From assembly GCA_965228855.1 (NCBI GenBank), contig CBDDIJ010000002.1, positions 640,001 to 704,000 of the forward strand: a stretch of 64,000 nt of DNA, read 5' to 3'. The position numbers were made by a program, and so were the translations under genes. The notes under the pieces were generated by a model, which searched no databases, was not told the DNA's origin, and saw nothing but the letters and a program-made list of their open reading frames with translations. Position 1 is the stretch's first letter; each line of letters starts with the position of its first letter. This document shows, piece by piece, positions 1-9,873 of this stretch. The stretch comes from Candidatus Obscuribacterales bacterium. Its GTDB lineage: Bacteria; Cyanobacteriota; Vampirovibrionia; Obscuribacterales; Obscuribacteraceae.

Positions 1-1
1 C

Positions 2-1186
2 AAGGATCCCGGTCCGTTCGTCAAGTGGCTGCTTGGCGGGCTGGAAGGCATCCTCGGTTCCAATCCCGAGAACGCGATGATCGGGTTGCTCGCCATGGCT
101 TTCATGGTGACGTACATGCTCGCCGCTCCGATCTTCGGATTGCTGTCGCTGAAACGCTGGTGGATTGTCGCCGGCGGCGTGGCGGTCTGGAGTCTCGCTT
201 CGGGCGCATCCGGACTCGCCACCACATTCGGTGGCTTGCTGTTGACCCGATGCCTCGTCGGCATCGGCGAAGCAGCTTATGGTCCGGTCGCTCCAACGAT
301 GATCGCCGATATGTTTCCGCTCAAAGAACGCGGAAAGATGTTGTCCTGGTTCTATCTGGCCATCCCGGTCGGCAGCGCTCTGGGCTTCATCTTCGGCGGC
401 GCGGTCGCGGCTTGGCTCGGCTGGCGCTGGGCGTTCTACCTGGTTGTTCCGCCCGGGCTCGTTCTCGCGGCGTTCGCAATCTGGAAGAAGGAACCGCCGC
501 GCGGGCTGTTCGACAAGGGCGGCGCGGAGAGCGGGAAGAAGAAACTGACGCGCAAAGACTACGCGTCGCTTGCGCACAATCGGTCGTACGTGCTCAACAC
601 CCTGGGCATGGCGACGATGACATTCGCTATCGGCGGCATGGCTTTCTGGATGCCCTCATACATCCATGAATTCCGCGGCGTCGGAACGCTCGCCGGGGTC
701 AATCTGATCTTCGGCGTCATCCTCGTCTTGTCCGGACTGTCCGCCACCATCGCTGGTGCGTACATGGCCGACAAGTTGAGGGCGCGTTTCAAAGGCTCGT
801 ACTTCACCGTCTCGGGTCTGGCGATTCTGGTCGGGCTGCCGTTCTTCATCGGCGCGCTCTACCTGCCGTTCCCACTCGCGTGGGGATGCATCTTCGTCAG
901 CTGCTTCTGCCTGTTCTTCAACACAGGTCCAACCAACACAATCCTCGCCAACGTTACGCACCCGTCCATCCGGGCGAGCGCTTACGCGTTGAACATCCTC
1001 GTCATTCACCTGCTCGGCGATGTGATTTCGCCACTCGTGATTGGCGCGGTGACAGACGCCTCCGACAAAAACATGAACGTCGCATTCCTCGGAATGTCCG
1101 GCGTCATGGCTGTCGGCGGGCTGCTCTGGCTGTGGGGCGCGAAGTACCTCGCTGACGACACCGCCAAAATTTCGGGTCCAGTCTAA
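2..1186 (+). CDS. MFS transporter, spinster-like (5' partial; frame is open from the window edge)
   Basis: Multiple TM segments; RCLVGIGEAAYGPVAPTMIADMFP..ERG MFS motifs; no stop codon upstream of the ATG at 77. Confidence 0.9.
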   Translation, partial: KDPGPFVKWLLGGLEGILGSNPENAMIGLLAMAFMVTYMLAAPIFGLLSLKRWWIVAGGVAVWSLASGASGLATTFGGLLLTRCLVGIGEAAYGPVAPTMIADMFPLKERGKMLSWFYLAIPVGSALGFIFGGAVAAWLGWRWAFYLVVPPGLVLAAFAIWKKEPPRGLFDKGGAESGKKKLTRKDYASLAHNRSYVLNTLGMATMTFAIGGMAFWMPSYIHEFRGVGTLAGVNLIFGVILVLSGLSATIAGAYMADKLRARFKGSYFTVSGLAILVGLPFFIGALYLPFPLAWGCIFVSCFCLFFNTGPTNTILANVTHPSIRASAYALNILVIHLLGDVISPLVIGAVTDASDKNMNVAFLGMSGVMAVGGLLWLWGAKYLADDTAKISGPV

Positions 1187-1216
1187 ACCGGGAACTAAGA
1201 CTGGTCGAAGTTTCAA

Positions 1217-1253
1217 GAGGTGCTCACGCTCCGGCGTCGGGCACTTCTTTTTT
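1217..1253 (+). terminator. Rho-independent terminator
   Basis: gaggtgctcacgc-tccg-gcgtcgggcacttc hairpin followed by a T run. Confidence 0.7.
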
Positions 1254-1264
1254 CTTATGTCTTG

Positions 1265-1536
1265 CTACTATAGAGAGGCATAGCTCCTCCTGACGGAATC
1301 GCGCCCCCGGTTCTCGCTACTATAGAGAGGCATAGTTTCTTCCGCCAAAATCGCGCCCAGCGGAAGGGATTCGAGCGTTTCTCTTTTTCTCGACCTTCGC
1401 TTGTCTATCCCACGATGACGGAAATGGAAGAATCCGGCATCGTGGGATAGACAGCCAAAGCCGACATCTGACTTGGCTCCGACCTGTCAATTAGACAGCG
1501 ACAGAATTCGCCAAATCCGTCGCTCTGGAATTGACA
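1265..1536. repeat. Dispersed CTACTATA/GACGG-N12-CCGTC element, locus A (52-bp duplicated left arm, two cores)
   Basis: CTACTATA at 1265 and 1317; palindromic cores at 1402-1453 and 1485-1536. Confidence 0.8.
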
Positions 1537-1629
1537 GGACGAGTCGTGTTTCTTGCAAAAAGATTCCATGGCACTACCCCGACTAACAAGCAATGTATAA
1601 TCCAAAGAAGCACGAGTGAGACGCCGTAA

Positions 1630-2022
1630 ATGCAACTGACAAAACTTTCGACAATAGTCATTGCAATGTGCACCGTATGCGGTTGCATAACCCACTTCTG
1701 TCAAAAACAGCTAGAGCAGTCACTCGACAAACGTCTCGAACAGTTTGGACGCCGACATCAAGACACCAGACCCGTCCGAAAAAACGACGAACTGGGCACC
1801 CTCTTTTACGCCAGACAAACAATCCCACGAGGCTCGATGATAAACATTGCGTTTGTATCCTCACAGCAGGTTGAGCGCAAACGAATTCCGATGGACGCGG
1901 TTCAACGATTCGAGCAAATGGCGAATTGCGTGTCGAGACATGATATTGTGAAAGGTGAAATAATCAGTACTCGCGAACTTCTTCCGGTGAGGTTCGCGAA
2001 TGACCAGAACAACGTGCGCTGA
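1630..2022 (+). CDS. SAF-domain protein (CpaB/FlgA-like), N-terminal membrane anchor
   Basis: YARQTIPRGSMI...SRHDIVKGEIIS fits the SAF beta-clip pattern. Confidence 0.65.
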   Translation: MQLTKLSTIVIAMCTVCGCITHFCQKQLEQSLDKRLEQFGRRHQDTRPVRKNDELGTLFYARQTIPRGSMINIAFVSSQQVERKRIPMDAVQRFEQMANCVSRHDIVKGEIISTRELLPVRFANDQNNVR

Positions 2023-2112
2023 CGATTGAGCAGGATAAAAGCCGCGATTTATCCTGCGCTGCGATGCACACCACAGGTGCCACCCTGATGCACACCGCAG
2101 GCGGTGCCAGCA

Positions 2113-4206
2113 CTACGACCTGGTAAAGTCGCGCTGTTGCACGCCCAAGTAGTAGACAGCCTGCCGAGCCAGATCAGCAGAGCTCAGGTTCGGATTCTTC
2201 ACCCGCAGCGACTCCTTCATTATTCGCATCTCGCCGGCACAAGAATCATCGTTTTGCATGCACAGCCAAAAATCCATGGGACTCGGTATTATTCGAACCA
2301 AACCGTAGTCGGTGCGCGTCTGAATAAAGCAAGGAATTACAGCTCCGTTATCTCTAGACGCATCCATTCCCAGCCATTCGAAAGCCCACGATTTTCTGTC
2401 GTGCTGCAAGAACTCACGGACAAGGCGCTTGTGCCTGGTTCGCTGGGGTAAGATGACTTTAGTATCGCAAGCAGCATCCAACAGTTCGATGATCCGGTTC
2501 GCACTTTGGAGCCGCGAGGTTACTTCGCTTGAGCAAAGCAAAATACCCATTCGTTGGACCTCTTCCAATAGTTTCTTAAACTGCCTCGCACCACCAGCGC
2601 CACCACACCACTCGCTGCTGGATGGAAGGAAAAGCGCGGTCGGTTTATTTCCGACACTGTATACCTCGCGGCAATCTTGCAGAAATTCAACGAACTCTGA
2701 CAAGTCTTGTTGCGGTTGAAGAATTGTCGCCACAGCATGTGGTTTCAAAGCAACTTTTCGAGGCAGACCCAGCTGGCAATCATTTACAAGCTCGCGACCT
2801 AAAACCTCTTGCAACGATGCGAAACTGTTGCGACCGTCCTCCACGTAAACCACATGGAAGTTGGCAGTTAGAAGCCGCACGCCCATGAGCGCGTTGAAAA
2901 AACTGAGGTCGGAATGCTCAGAGCCGACGGCTAAGATCCCGGGCTTCTTCGAATGATCGTATAACACCGGCTCATTGGACATCGCCGCAAAGCCCATCGG
3001 CAAACCAATAGAGAGCCCGCAAGATGCGCCGTACAAAGGCCAGTTTATTCGAGCGTCGGTGTGCGAGACAACGTGCGCGATGCCACCAGCATCGATACCA
3101 ATCGGAAGCGTAGATGTCCACGCGCTAAACTGATCGCACTTTGGCGTAATCAGAGCAGAGCGGGACGCAAGCTTGTCTTTGGCTGCTGTTTGCCAATTCT
3201 TGAGCTGCTTGTCGTCCCCAGCGACATGCGGTGCGATCGAGTAGTAAAAACTCATCTCGAAGAGGCTGTTTTCCGATGTCGAAATCATGCGATTAGCTCT
3301 GCGGCGGGTTTCCAAAGGCGTCTTCGCCGCGCGTTGCCGGACGGCGTTCTTGTCTCCTATCCGGCAGTGCACGCTAAGCGATGTGGCACACTCCATGGTC
3401 AGCAGATCTATCAACCAACCGTATCGAAGCTTGGCAGGCAGGCTTGATACCACTTGCACAGAGACTCTCGAACCATCTACAACTAAAAACTGTTTGCCGT
3501 TTTCGACCATCACATCTGGCATAGTTGATGCTCGCATCAACTCAACCGGCTCCTCTCTAAGTCCGGATGGATACGAGAGACGCATACAAGAATGAATCAG
3601 CGTGCGTGTTTCCGCGCGCGTAAGAACTTCAGGCGACTGTTTCGCCTTACTCAGAATTTTCGAAACGCGCTTGACAAACCGGTCGAGCAGCGCAATCTGT
3701 TTTTCCCTAGAGGATTTTTGGGAAAGCTCTGCGCCTAAAATGAGGTAGAACGATTTGCGTGGAACCAGGCGCTGCTCACACACTCGACTAAACCACTTGC
3801 GCGTATAGTCCGCGTACCACTCGAGATAAGCGTTGCCCTGGGCGTCGAGGTCCAGGACGTTTTCGCAGTGCTCACCTAAATCTAATGGTCGATTAATCGC
3901 CAGTAACTGTAGTGAGGTCTTCTCGCTCAGGCAATCGAGAATCGCACCGAACATGTCGTCGACGGCGGTGAAACCCCGTTGATCCGGAGGGATGGTGAAC
4001 CCGGTCAAACGTATGATCCTGCGCAACGACCCATCCACAAGCTCTATGAGTCCAGCATCTTCATCGGCACCGGGAATAGAACGGATCTGTGGAAGCGCAT
4101 CGTGCGCGGTTTCCGGCGGTTTCAAGTTCGGACGATGTATGGAATCGAAGACGAACAGTTTGCGGGCTGAAGGCATACTTGTGCTCCGGTCATTACTTGA
4201 AAGCAT
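2113..4206 (-). CDS. VirB4/TraE-like protein with degenerate ATPase motifs (start uncertain: 4206 or 4176)
   Basis: Overall layout resembles Gram-positive-type VirB4 (GLIELVDGSLRRII, WTSTLPIG, GLPMG..NEPVLYD); Walker A position reads GSEHSDLS. Confidence 0.55.
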   Translation of the reverse strand: MLSSNDRSTSMPSARKLFVFDSIHRPNLKPPETAHDALPQIRSIPGADEDAGLIELVDGSLRRIIRLTGFTIPPDQRGFTAVDDMFGAILDCLSEKTSLQLLAINRPLDLGEHCENVLDLDAQGNAYLEWYADYTRKWFSRVCEQRLVPRKSFYLILGAELSQKSSREKQIALLDRFVKRVSKILSKAKQSPEVLTRAETRTLIHSCMRLSYPSGLREEPVELMRASTMPDVMVENGKQFLVVDGSRVSVQVVSSLPAKLRYGWLIDLLTMECATSLSVHCRIGDKNAVRQRAAKTPLETRRRANRMISTSENSLFEMSFYYSIAPHVAGDDKQLKNWQTAAKDKLASRSALITPKCDQFSAWTSTLPIGIDAGGIAHVVSHTDARINWPLYGASCGLSIGLPMGFAAMSNEPVLYDHSKKPGILAVGSEHSDLSFFNALMGVRLLTANFHVVYVEDGRNSFASLQEVLGRELVNDCQLGLPRKVALKPHAVATILQPQQDLSEFVEFLQDCREVYSVGNKPTALFLPSSSEWCGGAGGARQFKKLLEEVQRMGILLCSSEVTSRLQSANRIIELLDAACDTKVILPQRTRHKRLVREFLQHDRKSWAFEWLGMDASRDNGAVIPCFIQTRTDYGLVRIIPSPMDFWLCMQNDDSCAGEMRIMKESLRVKNPNLSSADLARQAVYYLGVQQRDFTRS

Positions 4207-4238
4207 TATGCCCGATCTCGCCGGAGTTCGCTTGTCGT

Positions 4239-4526
4239 TGTCTACGACTCGTAGACGGAATTCCGGAATTTCGTCTACGAGCGATAGCCAAGCGCAGGGA
4301 CAGGCAAGAGGCAAAATGTCCATAAGCTGCTGTCAGCCGGACTTTTGCCAAGTTCGTTTTCACGGCGCCATATAGTAAAAAATCTCAACTTACCCATAAG
4401 CCGCTGTCAGCCGGACTTTTGCCAAATTCGGCTTCACGGAGGTATATAGTAGCAATTCTCAATTTGCTCAACAGCTGCTGTCAGCCGGACATTTGCCAAG
4501 CTCGGCTTCACGAAGACATATAGTAG
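4239..4526. repeat. Dispersed element locus B: core plus 3 x 74-bp tandem repeat
   Basis: Core at 4239-4290; repeat units start at 4321, 4395 and 4469, each carrying TATAGTA(G/A). Confidence 0.85.
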
Positions 4527-4534
4527 CCATTTTC

Positions 4535-4571
4535 AAAAAAAAACTGAAGCGGGGGGTTGGACCCGCTTCAG
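4535..4571 (-). terminator. Rho-independent terminator
   Basis: ctgaagcggg...cccgcttcag hairpin preceded by an A run on the + strand. Confidence 0.75.
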
Positions 4572-4580
4572 CTCTTGTTT

Positions 4581-4763
4581 CTAGCTGCGTTCGGAGCTTG
4601 GCTCCAGGACGTAGCCGACCACCAGCGCGGCGAGGAGGAGCACGACCATGGTCGGCATCGTCCACGTGCTTTTCCACAGCGGGATGGCGATAAACGCGAG
4701 TATCGTCCAGCCCACCATCAGCGCTTCGATGGGACGGACGTTGAGACGCGAGAAGAGTTTCAT
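4581..4763 (-). CDS. Small two-TM membrane protein (about 60 aa, holin-like size)
   Basis: Two hydrophobic stretches; GC3-rich codon use; followed by a terminator. Confidence 0.6.
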   Translation of the reverse strand: MKLFSRLNVRPIEALMVGWTILAFIAIPLWKSTWTMPTMVVLLLAALVVGYVLEPSSERS

Positions 4764-4938
4764 TAGAAGCCCTTGATGTTGCGGCACCATCGGCGGTACC
4801 GCGGGTGAAGGGAACTACTGCGACAGAAAGAAACCGGCAACGCGAACACGTTCAACAAACGCTGTCCGAGAGGAACTCGGCAAGCCGAGTTCAAGTCGAA
4901 TGGAGTTTGTCGCAACGCGTTCGCGCGGCTCGGTTTGT

Positions 4939-5697
4939 TTACTTGACGAGCAGTGCTTCGAGACGGTCGGACTGACCGTTGAAGCGGTTGATGTCAACGT
5001 TCCCGGTGATGCCGGCGACCGAGCCGTTCTCCGTGAACTGCCAGAACGTCCAGAAGTCCCACGGCTTGGGGACGCGCGGACGCGAGGCGGAGGTGTAGTG
5101 CGCCAGCCAGAGCGGGTAGTCTTTGAGGCGCGGATCGTTCTTCAGAACGTCGTCGACGAACGACGGGCTCGCGTAAACGATCGGATTGATGTTGTCACCG
5201 AGCTTGGCGCGGATGCCATCGATGAAGCCGACGATCAGGTCAACGCTCTGCTTGCCGCTGAGACGCGACCAGTCGCTCGGAACCTCGGTGTCGATGACGG
5301 GCGGCAGGTCGCCGGTCGGCACGCTTCCGAGGGTGCGCGCGAAATTGTCGATCTGCGACTGCAGATTGATGCGCGGGCGGAAGAAGTGGTAAGCACCGGT
5401 TTTGATGCCGACGCCGCGCGCTTCGCTGAGATTTTCCTTGAAGCGTTTGTCGACGAAAGTGGCACCTTCCGTGGCTTTGATGAAAGCGAATTCGACGCCG
5501 GCTTGCTTGACGCGAGCCCAGTCGATGTCACCGTTGTGATGACTGACGTCGATTCCCCATGGTGCTGCCAGTGATACCACGCTCTGCGAACCTTCAGACT
5601 CAGCGGTCCAGGCGATGCCCTTCTTGGGTCCCTCACCTTTCCCATTGTGTCGGTGATTCGCCAGCTTTGTCAAAGGCGACGAAGATTTCTTGGCCAT
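4939..5697 (-). CDS. GH25 lysozyme/muramidase
   Basis: GIDVSHHNG, FIKATEG, GAYHFF, PPVIDTE, WTFWQFT, GNVDIN motifs. Confidence 0.95.
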   Translation of the reverse strand: MAKKSSSPLTKLANHRHNGKGEGPKKGIAWTAESEGSQSVVSLAAPWGIDVSHHNGDIDWARVKQAGVEFAFIKATEGATFVDKRFKENLSEARGVGIKTGAYHFFRPRINLQSQIDNFARTLGSVPTGDLPPVIDTEVPSDWSRLSGKQSVDLIVGFIDGIRAKLGDNINPIVYASPSFVDDVLKNDPRLKDYPLWLAHYTSASRPRVPKPWDFWTFWQFTENGSVAGITGNVDINRFNGQSDRLEALLVK

Positions 5698-6553
5698 GTG
5701 GCTCTTCCTTGTTCGTTCCTGCGTCGCGCTGTGTGTGCCGGTTAGCTGAAAGCTGAACGGCGATGAACAGCAGCGTCTGTCCGAGTGTCACGCATCAGAT
5801 GCGGTTAAGCCGGACGTCACGCGAGCGACGAGTTAAATTCGGGGCGAAGTGGGGTTAATCGAAGAAAACAGTTAGAGTCCTTGAGGCAAGGAATGGAAAA
5901 AGGCATCAGAACTCTGTCTAACCCCGACGTATAGCTTCAAGTGTTTTAGTTCTTAGTGAGTAAAATCTTTTGATATTTATGGCTCCCAAACAGGCACTAA
6001 CAGACGCCGCCAGGCTTGAACCGATGTAGATTCCGCGGGTCCGAAGCTGCTGAGGCTTTGCGGCTAGCACAACTGAGTCATGTCATTCACACAGTTGTCA
6101 AACGCGCTTCTCCATTTGCTGCGAACACACTGCCACCGCAAGCGGTTCACGCGCTTGCGCTAGCCATTGCCGGCAGCTGATCAGAAGTTTATTGTTCCGC
6201 CGCCTGGCTCAAACATTCGCAATGCACCAGCGAACCCACGAGGATAAATTGCTTCCAGATGCTGACATCCATGAGCAGCGGCAGGCTGTAAAGGTTTCTT
6301 ATCAAAGAGCAAGACTGTAGCTTTAGGTTCGATATTTTCTTCAAACCAAAACAAGTCTCTTCAAGAACATCACACTCAGCCCGGTAGTCTAAGCGCATTT
6401 ACACACGGTTTCTTGACCGCATGAGGCGACCAACATGAAAACGGCGCGTTGCTGCTTCATGGTGGCGTCTGCTTGCGGTCTTCTTGGCCGAGCGCTTACC
6501 AATCCCTCGATTTGTTTCGAGTGAAGACTACAGGCAAAACCCGAAGGTGCCTT

Positions 6554-7318
6554 ATGGCAGGTAACGACACAATCTACTGCCAAAAATCTAGCTTTACTGA
6601 TACGGACTGGGAAAAGATCTATGAGGTCGCTTTCCGTCCCGATCAGCGAACCCCGCTTAATCAGCTCCACGACGGTCTCCGGAGTGGGCAGATGTTTCTT
6701 CACAGAAGCTCGAACAACGACGGGCTTCTCTGTTTTTCTGTCACGAACATTCTTCCAACCGTCGCACTGCTGGCTTATCTCGCCACGGACCCGAGCAAAC
6801 GATCGAGCGGTATTGGTTCGAAACATATGAAGTCTTTGATCGCTCAAATCAAGGCTGAAAACCCGAACCTGCTCGGCATGTTCGCGGAAATCGAATCGAC
6901 GCGAGAAAAGGGCATCAGCGAGGACGAGAAGAAGCATCGGCGGCGCCGACTGCAGTTCTACCAGCGTCTCGGCTTCAAGCGCTACAAGTCGGTGTACACG
7001 ATACCGAGCTATGACACCACTGTTCCGGATGAAGAGGGCGAGCTGATCTGGCTCGAGTTCAGCGCCGGCAGTATTGGATGCGACAAGCTGGCGGAGGTGA
7101 TCAAGGAAATCTACGTCAAGGCGTATCTGCTGAAGGAAGACGACATTCGTGTCACGAATGTCCCTGTGCTGGCAGGCGATGCCGCGTGCTCGATTGCGGA
7201 CGACCTGAGCGCCGATAATGCGTCGGTTAGCTCGACAGTCGCTCCAGCGGCGGAAGTCGTCGCTACGGACGCGCCAGCAGCCGATACGGCGCCGTCGACC
7301 GCGGATGCAAAAAACTGA
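6554..7318 (+). CDS. GNAT family N-acetyltransferase
   Basis: YLATDPSKRSSGIGS acetyl-CoA motif; RRLQFYQRLGF. Confidence 0.85.
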   Translation: MAGNDTIYCQKSSFTDTDWEKIYEVAFRPDQRTPLNQLHDGLRSGQMFLHRSSNNDGLLCFSVTNILPTVALLAYLATDPSKRSSGIGSKHMKSLIAQIKAENPNLLGMFAEIESTREKGISEDEKKHRRRRLQFYQRLGFKRYKSVYTIPSYDTTVPDEEGELIWLEFSAGSIGCDKLAEVIKEIYVKAYLLKEDDIRVTNVPVLAGDAACSIADDLSADNASVSSTVAPAAEVVATDAPAADTAPSTADAKN

Positions 7319-7542
7319 GCATTTACAAACCAATGAAACCGCGTCGCGGTTCTTCGTTGTTTTGACGCGCCCAGTCAGGTCAACGGCAGGCGGTGGATGT
7401 GATTTTGTCGCACTAGGGAAACCGAGTGCCACAGTCCATCTGCCGCTTGCCGTCTCAAAAACCCGTCTACTACTCCATGTCCAATGCTCAATGCAACAGC
7501 GATGCCAGTTTCGAGGGCTCTTCCCAAAAGCTTGTTCGTGTT

Positions 7543-8006
7543 TGGCGGTCTGGCGTAGACGGAATTCCGAAAAACCGTCTATCCAGCAGCGACAAAAGCT
7601 TGGTTTTGATGAGTGCCTACCGGTAGGAAGTCCTTGCGATCCGGTCTACAAGAGCCTTTGGACGATTTGTAGTTATACCAAGACATATAGTAGTGTGCTT
7701 GACGGTCTGGCGTAGACGGAATTCCGAAAAACCGTCTATCCAGCAGCGACAAAAGCTTGGTTTTGATGAGTGCCTACCGGTAGGAAGTCCTTGCGATCCG
7801 GTCTACAAGAGCCTTTGGACGATTTGTAGTTATACCAAGACATATAGTAGTGTGCTTGACGGTCTGGCGTAGACGGAATTCGCTGAAACCGTCTATGCAG
7901 GAGCGACAAAAGCCTGGTTTTGATGAGGGCCTACCTGTAGGAAGTCCTTGCAAGCCCGTCTACGAGGGACTTTGGGGACTTTAAGGCATACCAAGGCATA
8001 TAGTAG
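7543..8006. repeat. Dispersed element locus C: 3 x 157-bp tandem repeat (core plus right arm)
   Basis: Units start at 7546, 7703 and 7860; first two look identical, third diverged; TATAGTAG at 7686, 7843 and 7999. Confidence 0.95.
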
Positions 8007-8026
8007 GCAGATTCTCCAGGGGGTGG

Positions 8027-8497
8027 CTAGCGCCACCACTCCCAACTGCCCTTGCGGTGCGGGCGTTTGAATCGAAGATCTCCTCGTCGCAGCTGGTTCA
8101 TTTCCAGGGAGATGGGGCGCGTTGCGGTTTTGCGTTGGCGCGATTGTGAGGAGTGATCCGAAGAAATTTCCGGTTTGGGCTTTGGAGTGCGACGTTTAGG
8201 TTTTTCAGGGGATGGCGCCGGTTCGCACGAGCAGGACGTTTCCACACAACAAGACTGCCCTTTCGCAGCCAGGCTCATACACTGCCATACGCACTTCGAA
8301 AACTGCCAGAGAAACTTCGCTATCGCCGAAACGACCGCAACAAGCGTCTTGTATAACAGCACACAGGCGTTCTGCACAAGCTCGATATACAATTTGACGA
8401 ACATGTCCGGCTTCGCATCACACATCAAACCGAGAATGAGCATGACGAAGATGGGCAGCAAAAGCGGCGATAGAACGTTCACAAGAAACCAATCCAT
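8027..8497 (-). CDS. Hypothetical membrane protein with Cys-rich middle and basic tail
   Basis: Hydrophobic N-terminus MDWFLVNVLSPLLLPIF; gagg RBS-like sequence upstream. Confidence 0.55.
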   Translation of the reverse strand: MDWFLVNVLSPLLLPIFVMLILGLMCDAKPDMFVKLYIELVQNACVLLYKTLVAVVSAIAKFLWQFSKCVWQCMSLAAKGQSCCVETSCSCEPAPSPEKPKRRTPKPKPEISSDHSSQSRQRKTATRPISLEMNQLRRGDLRFKRPHRKGSWEWWR

Positions 8498-8882
8498 AAT
8501 TGAAACCTCGCATGGGTTGTGCGACCGAAGTCGTCGAATTTGAGTTTGAAGTTGCCGCAGCAAGGGGTTAAACAGTGGATTTGGACGAAACAGTTCTCCT
8601 TGCAATCAGGTGAAGCGAGATGGTTTCACCGTAGAACTTGCGATCGGCTTGAGGCAACGCGTTCTCAGCCACTCCTTGTCTTAGATAAACAGTCGCGATT
8701 CCTGCTACAGCAGGCGGTTTTGATTTCAGAAAAGAAAATTACCCGGTCAACTATCATCCACACGTTTAATGCGTAAACGTGCTGTTTTGCGCAAATAGTA
8801 GTTGTTTTGCAAAGTTATCGCGAATTGAGAAAGCGCCGAACCAGTCTGCTATCTTTAATCAGTGCTCACTGGAGAACCTTCG

Positions 8883-9332
8883 ATGTCGCCCGGCGGAATT
8901 GTTCTGCGAATTTTGATCCTGGTGGTCGCATTCTGCGTGCTTATCGCCGTTCTTGCGTTTGCGTTGAAGGTCGTCTTCATGCTCGCCGCGATAATCGGCA
9001 TCGTACTTTGCGTAGGTGCATCGTTTCTGGTTTTTCGCCATTTGTTTCTCCCGGGAAGCAAGGCGAAGAACGAATCCGGATTGCGCGAAACCAGGCTCTG
9101 GAGCCAGGCTGGAGAAGTGCAACTATTCAAAGAAGAACCGAAGGTGCATCAATTGGTCGACAAATCCAGCGCCAACTTGCCGGCGAGACTCGTCACCGTT
9201 CCCTCGGATCAAGAAGTAACAGTGCTTCAGGAGAGCGATATCGCGATTCGGATCAAAATCAAGTCCGGTGAGTACAAGGGACGAATCGGCTGGGTAGACA
9301 AGGCGAATGTTACAGGCTACTCAGAAAAGTAG
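8883..9332 (+). CDS. Membrane-anchored protein with SH3-like C-terminus
   Basis: Two TM helices, then EVTVLQE..IRIKIKSGEYKGRIGWV. Confidence 0.65.
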   Translation: MSPGGIVLRILILVVAFCVLIAVLAFALKVVFMLAAIIGIVLCVGASFLVFRHLFLPGSKAKNESGLRETRLWSQAGEVQLFKEEPKVHQLVDKSSANLPARLVTVPSDQEVTVLQESDIAIRIKIKSGEYKGRIGWVDKANVTGYSEK

Positions 9333-9873
9333 AACTCTTCCGCTCGATCATCCTCGCTAGCAGTCTTGCGAAATAGATGGCCCGCAAAACTATTCTGATA
9401 TTGCAGGTAAACAGATGTTGCGCGATCCGGTAGATGCTTACGGTGTGGGCAAACCCGGGCTCCGCCAACCCCTGTCAAGCACCCCCAATCTCAAAACTTC
9501 GCAACATTCAAGGGTAAGTAGAGAATTATTTTAAACTGCTCTTGGCAACTAGATCTCTATGAGTTCTTTCTGGCAAAGTAGAAGTGCCTTTCACATGAGC
9601 TTTTTCGAGGAGTCACAACTTAAGACCCGCCTGAACGCTAATATTCAGGAGATCTGCCCGCGCCACATGGTGGTGAGGTGAGAACTAGTGAAAGGGACGC
9701 CACCGCAGATGGTGGCTCGTGCCGTCGACTCGGCTGAACAAGAACCGTCGTTATCCGCTTCCAGTATCCGCCCTCGCTGATGTAGACGCTCACTCGGCGC
9801 CTGCAACAGTTCGGCTGTTCGACTCCTCGAACGGAAACAGATCGCGACCATTGCTAACCTCAGAGGTAGCACT

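Noticed and set aside
4207..4323. 5' extension of the VirB4-like ORF
   Set aside because: It runs through the palindromic element core, so a downstream ATG is more plausible.
4581..5697. Prophage
   Set aside because: No integrase, terminase or structural genes in the window.
5700..5860. c-di-AMP riboswitch upstream of GH25
   Set aside because: Only a tcagctaacc fragment resembles it; the other conserved blocks are not seen in the right order and strand.
7546..8006. CRISPR array
   Set aside because: Whole units repeat with no unique spacers and there are no cas genes; the same applies at 4321, 24586 and 30084.
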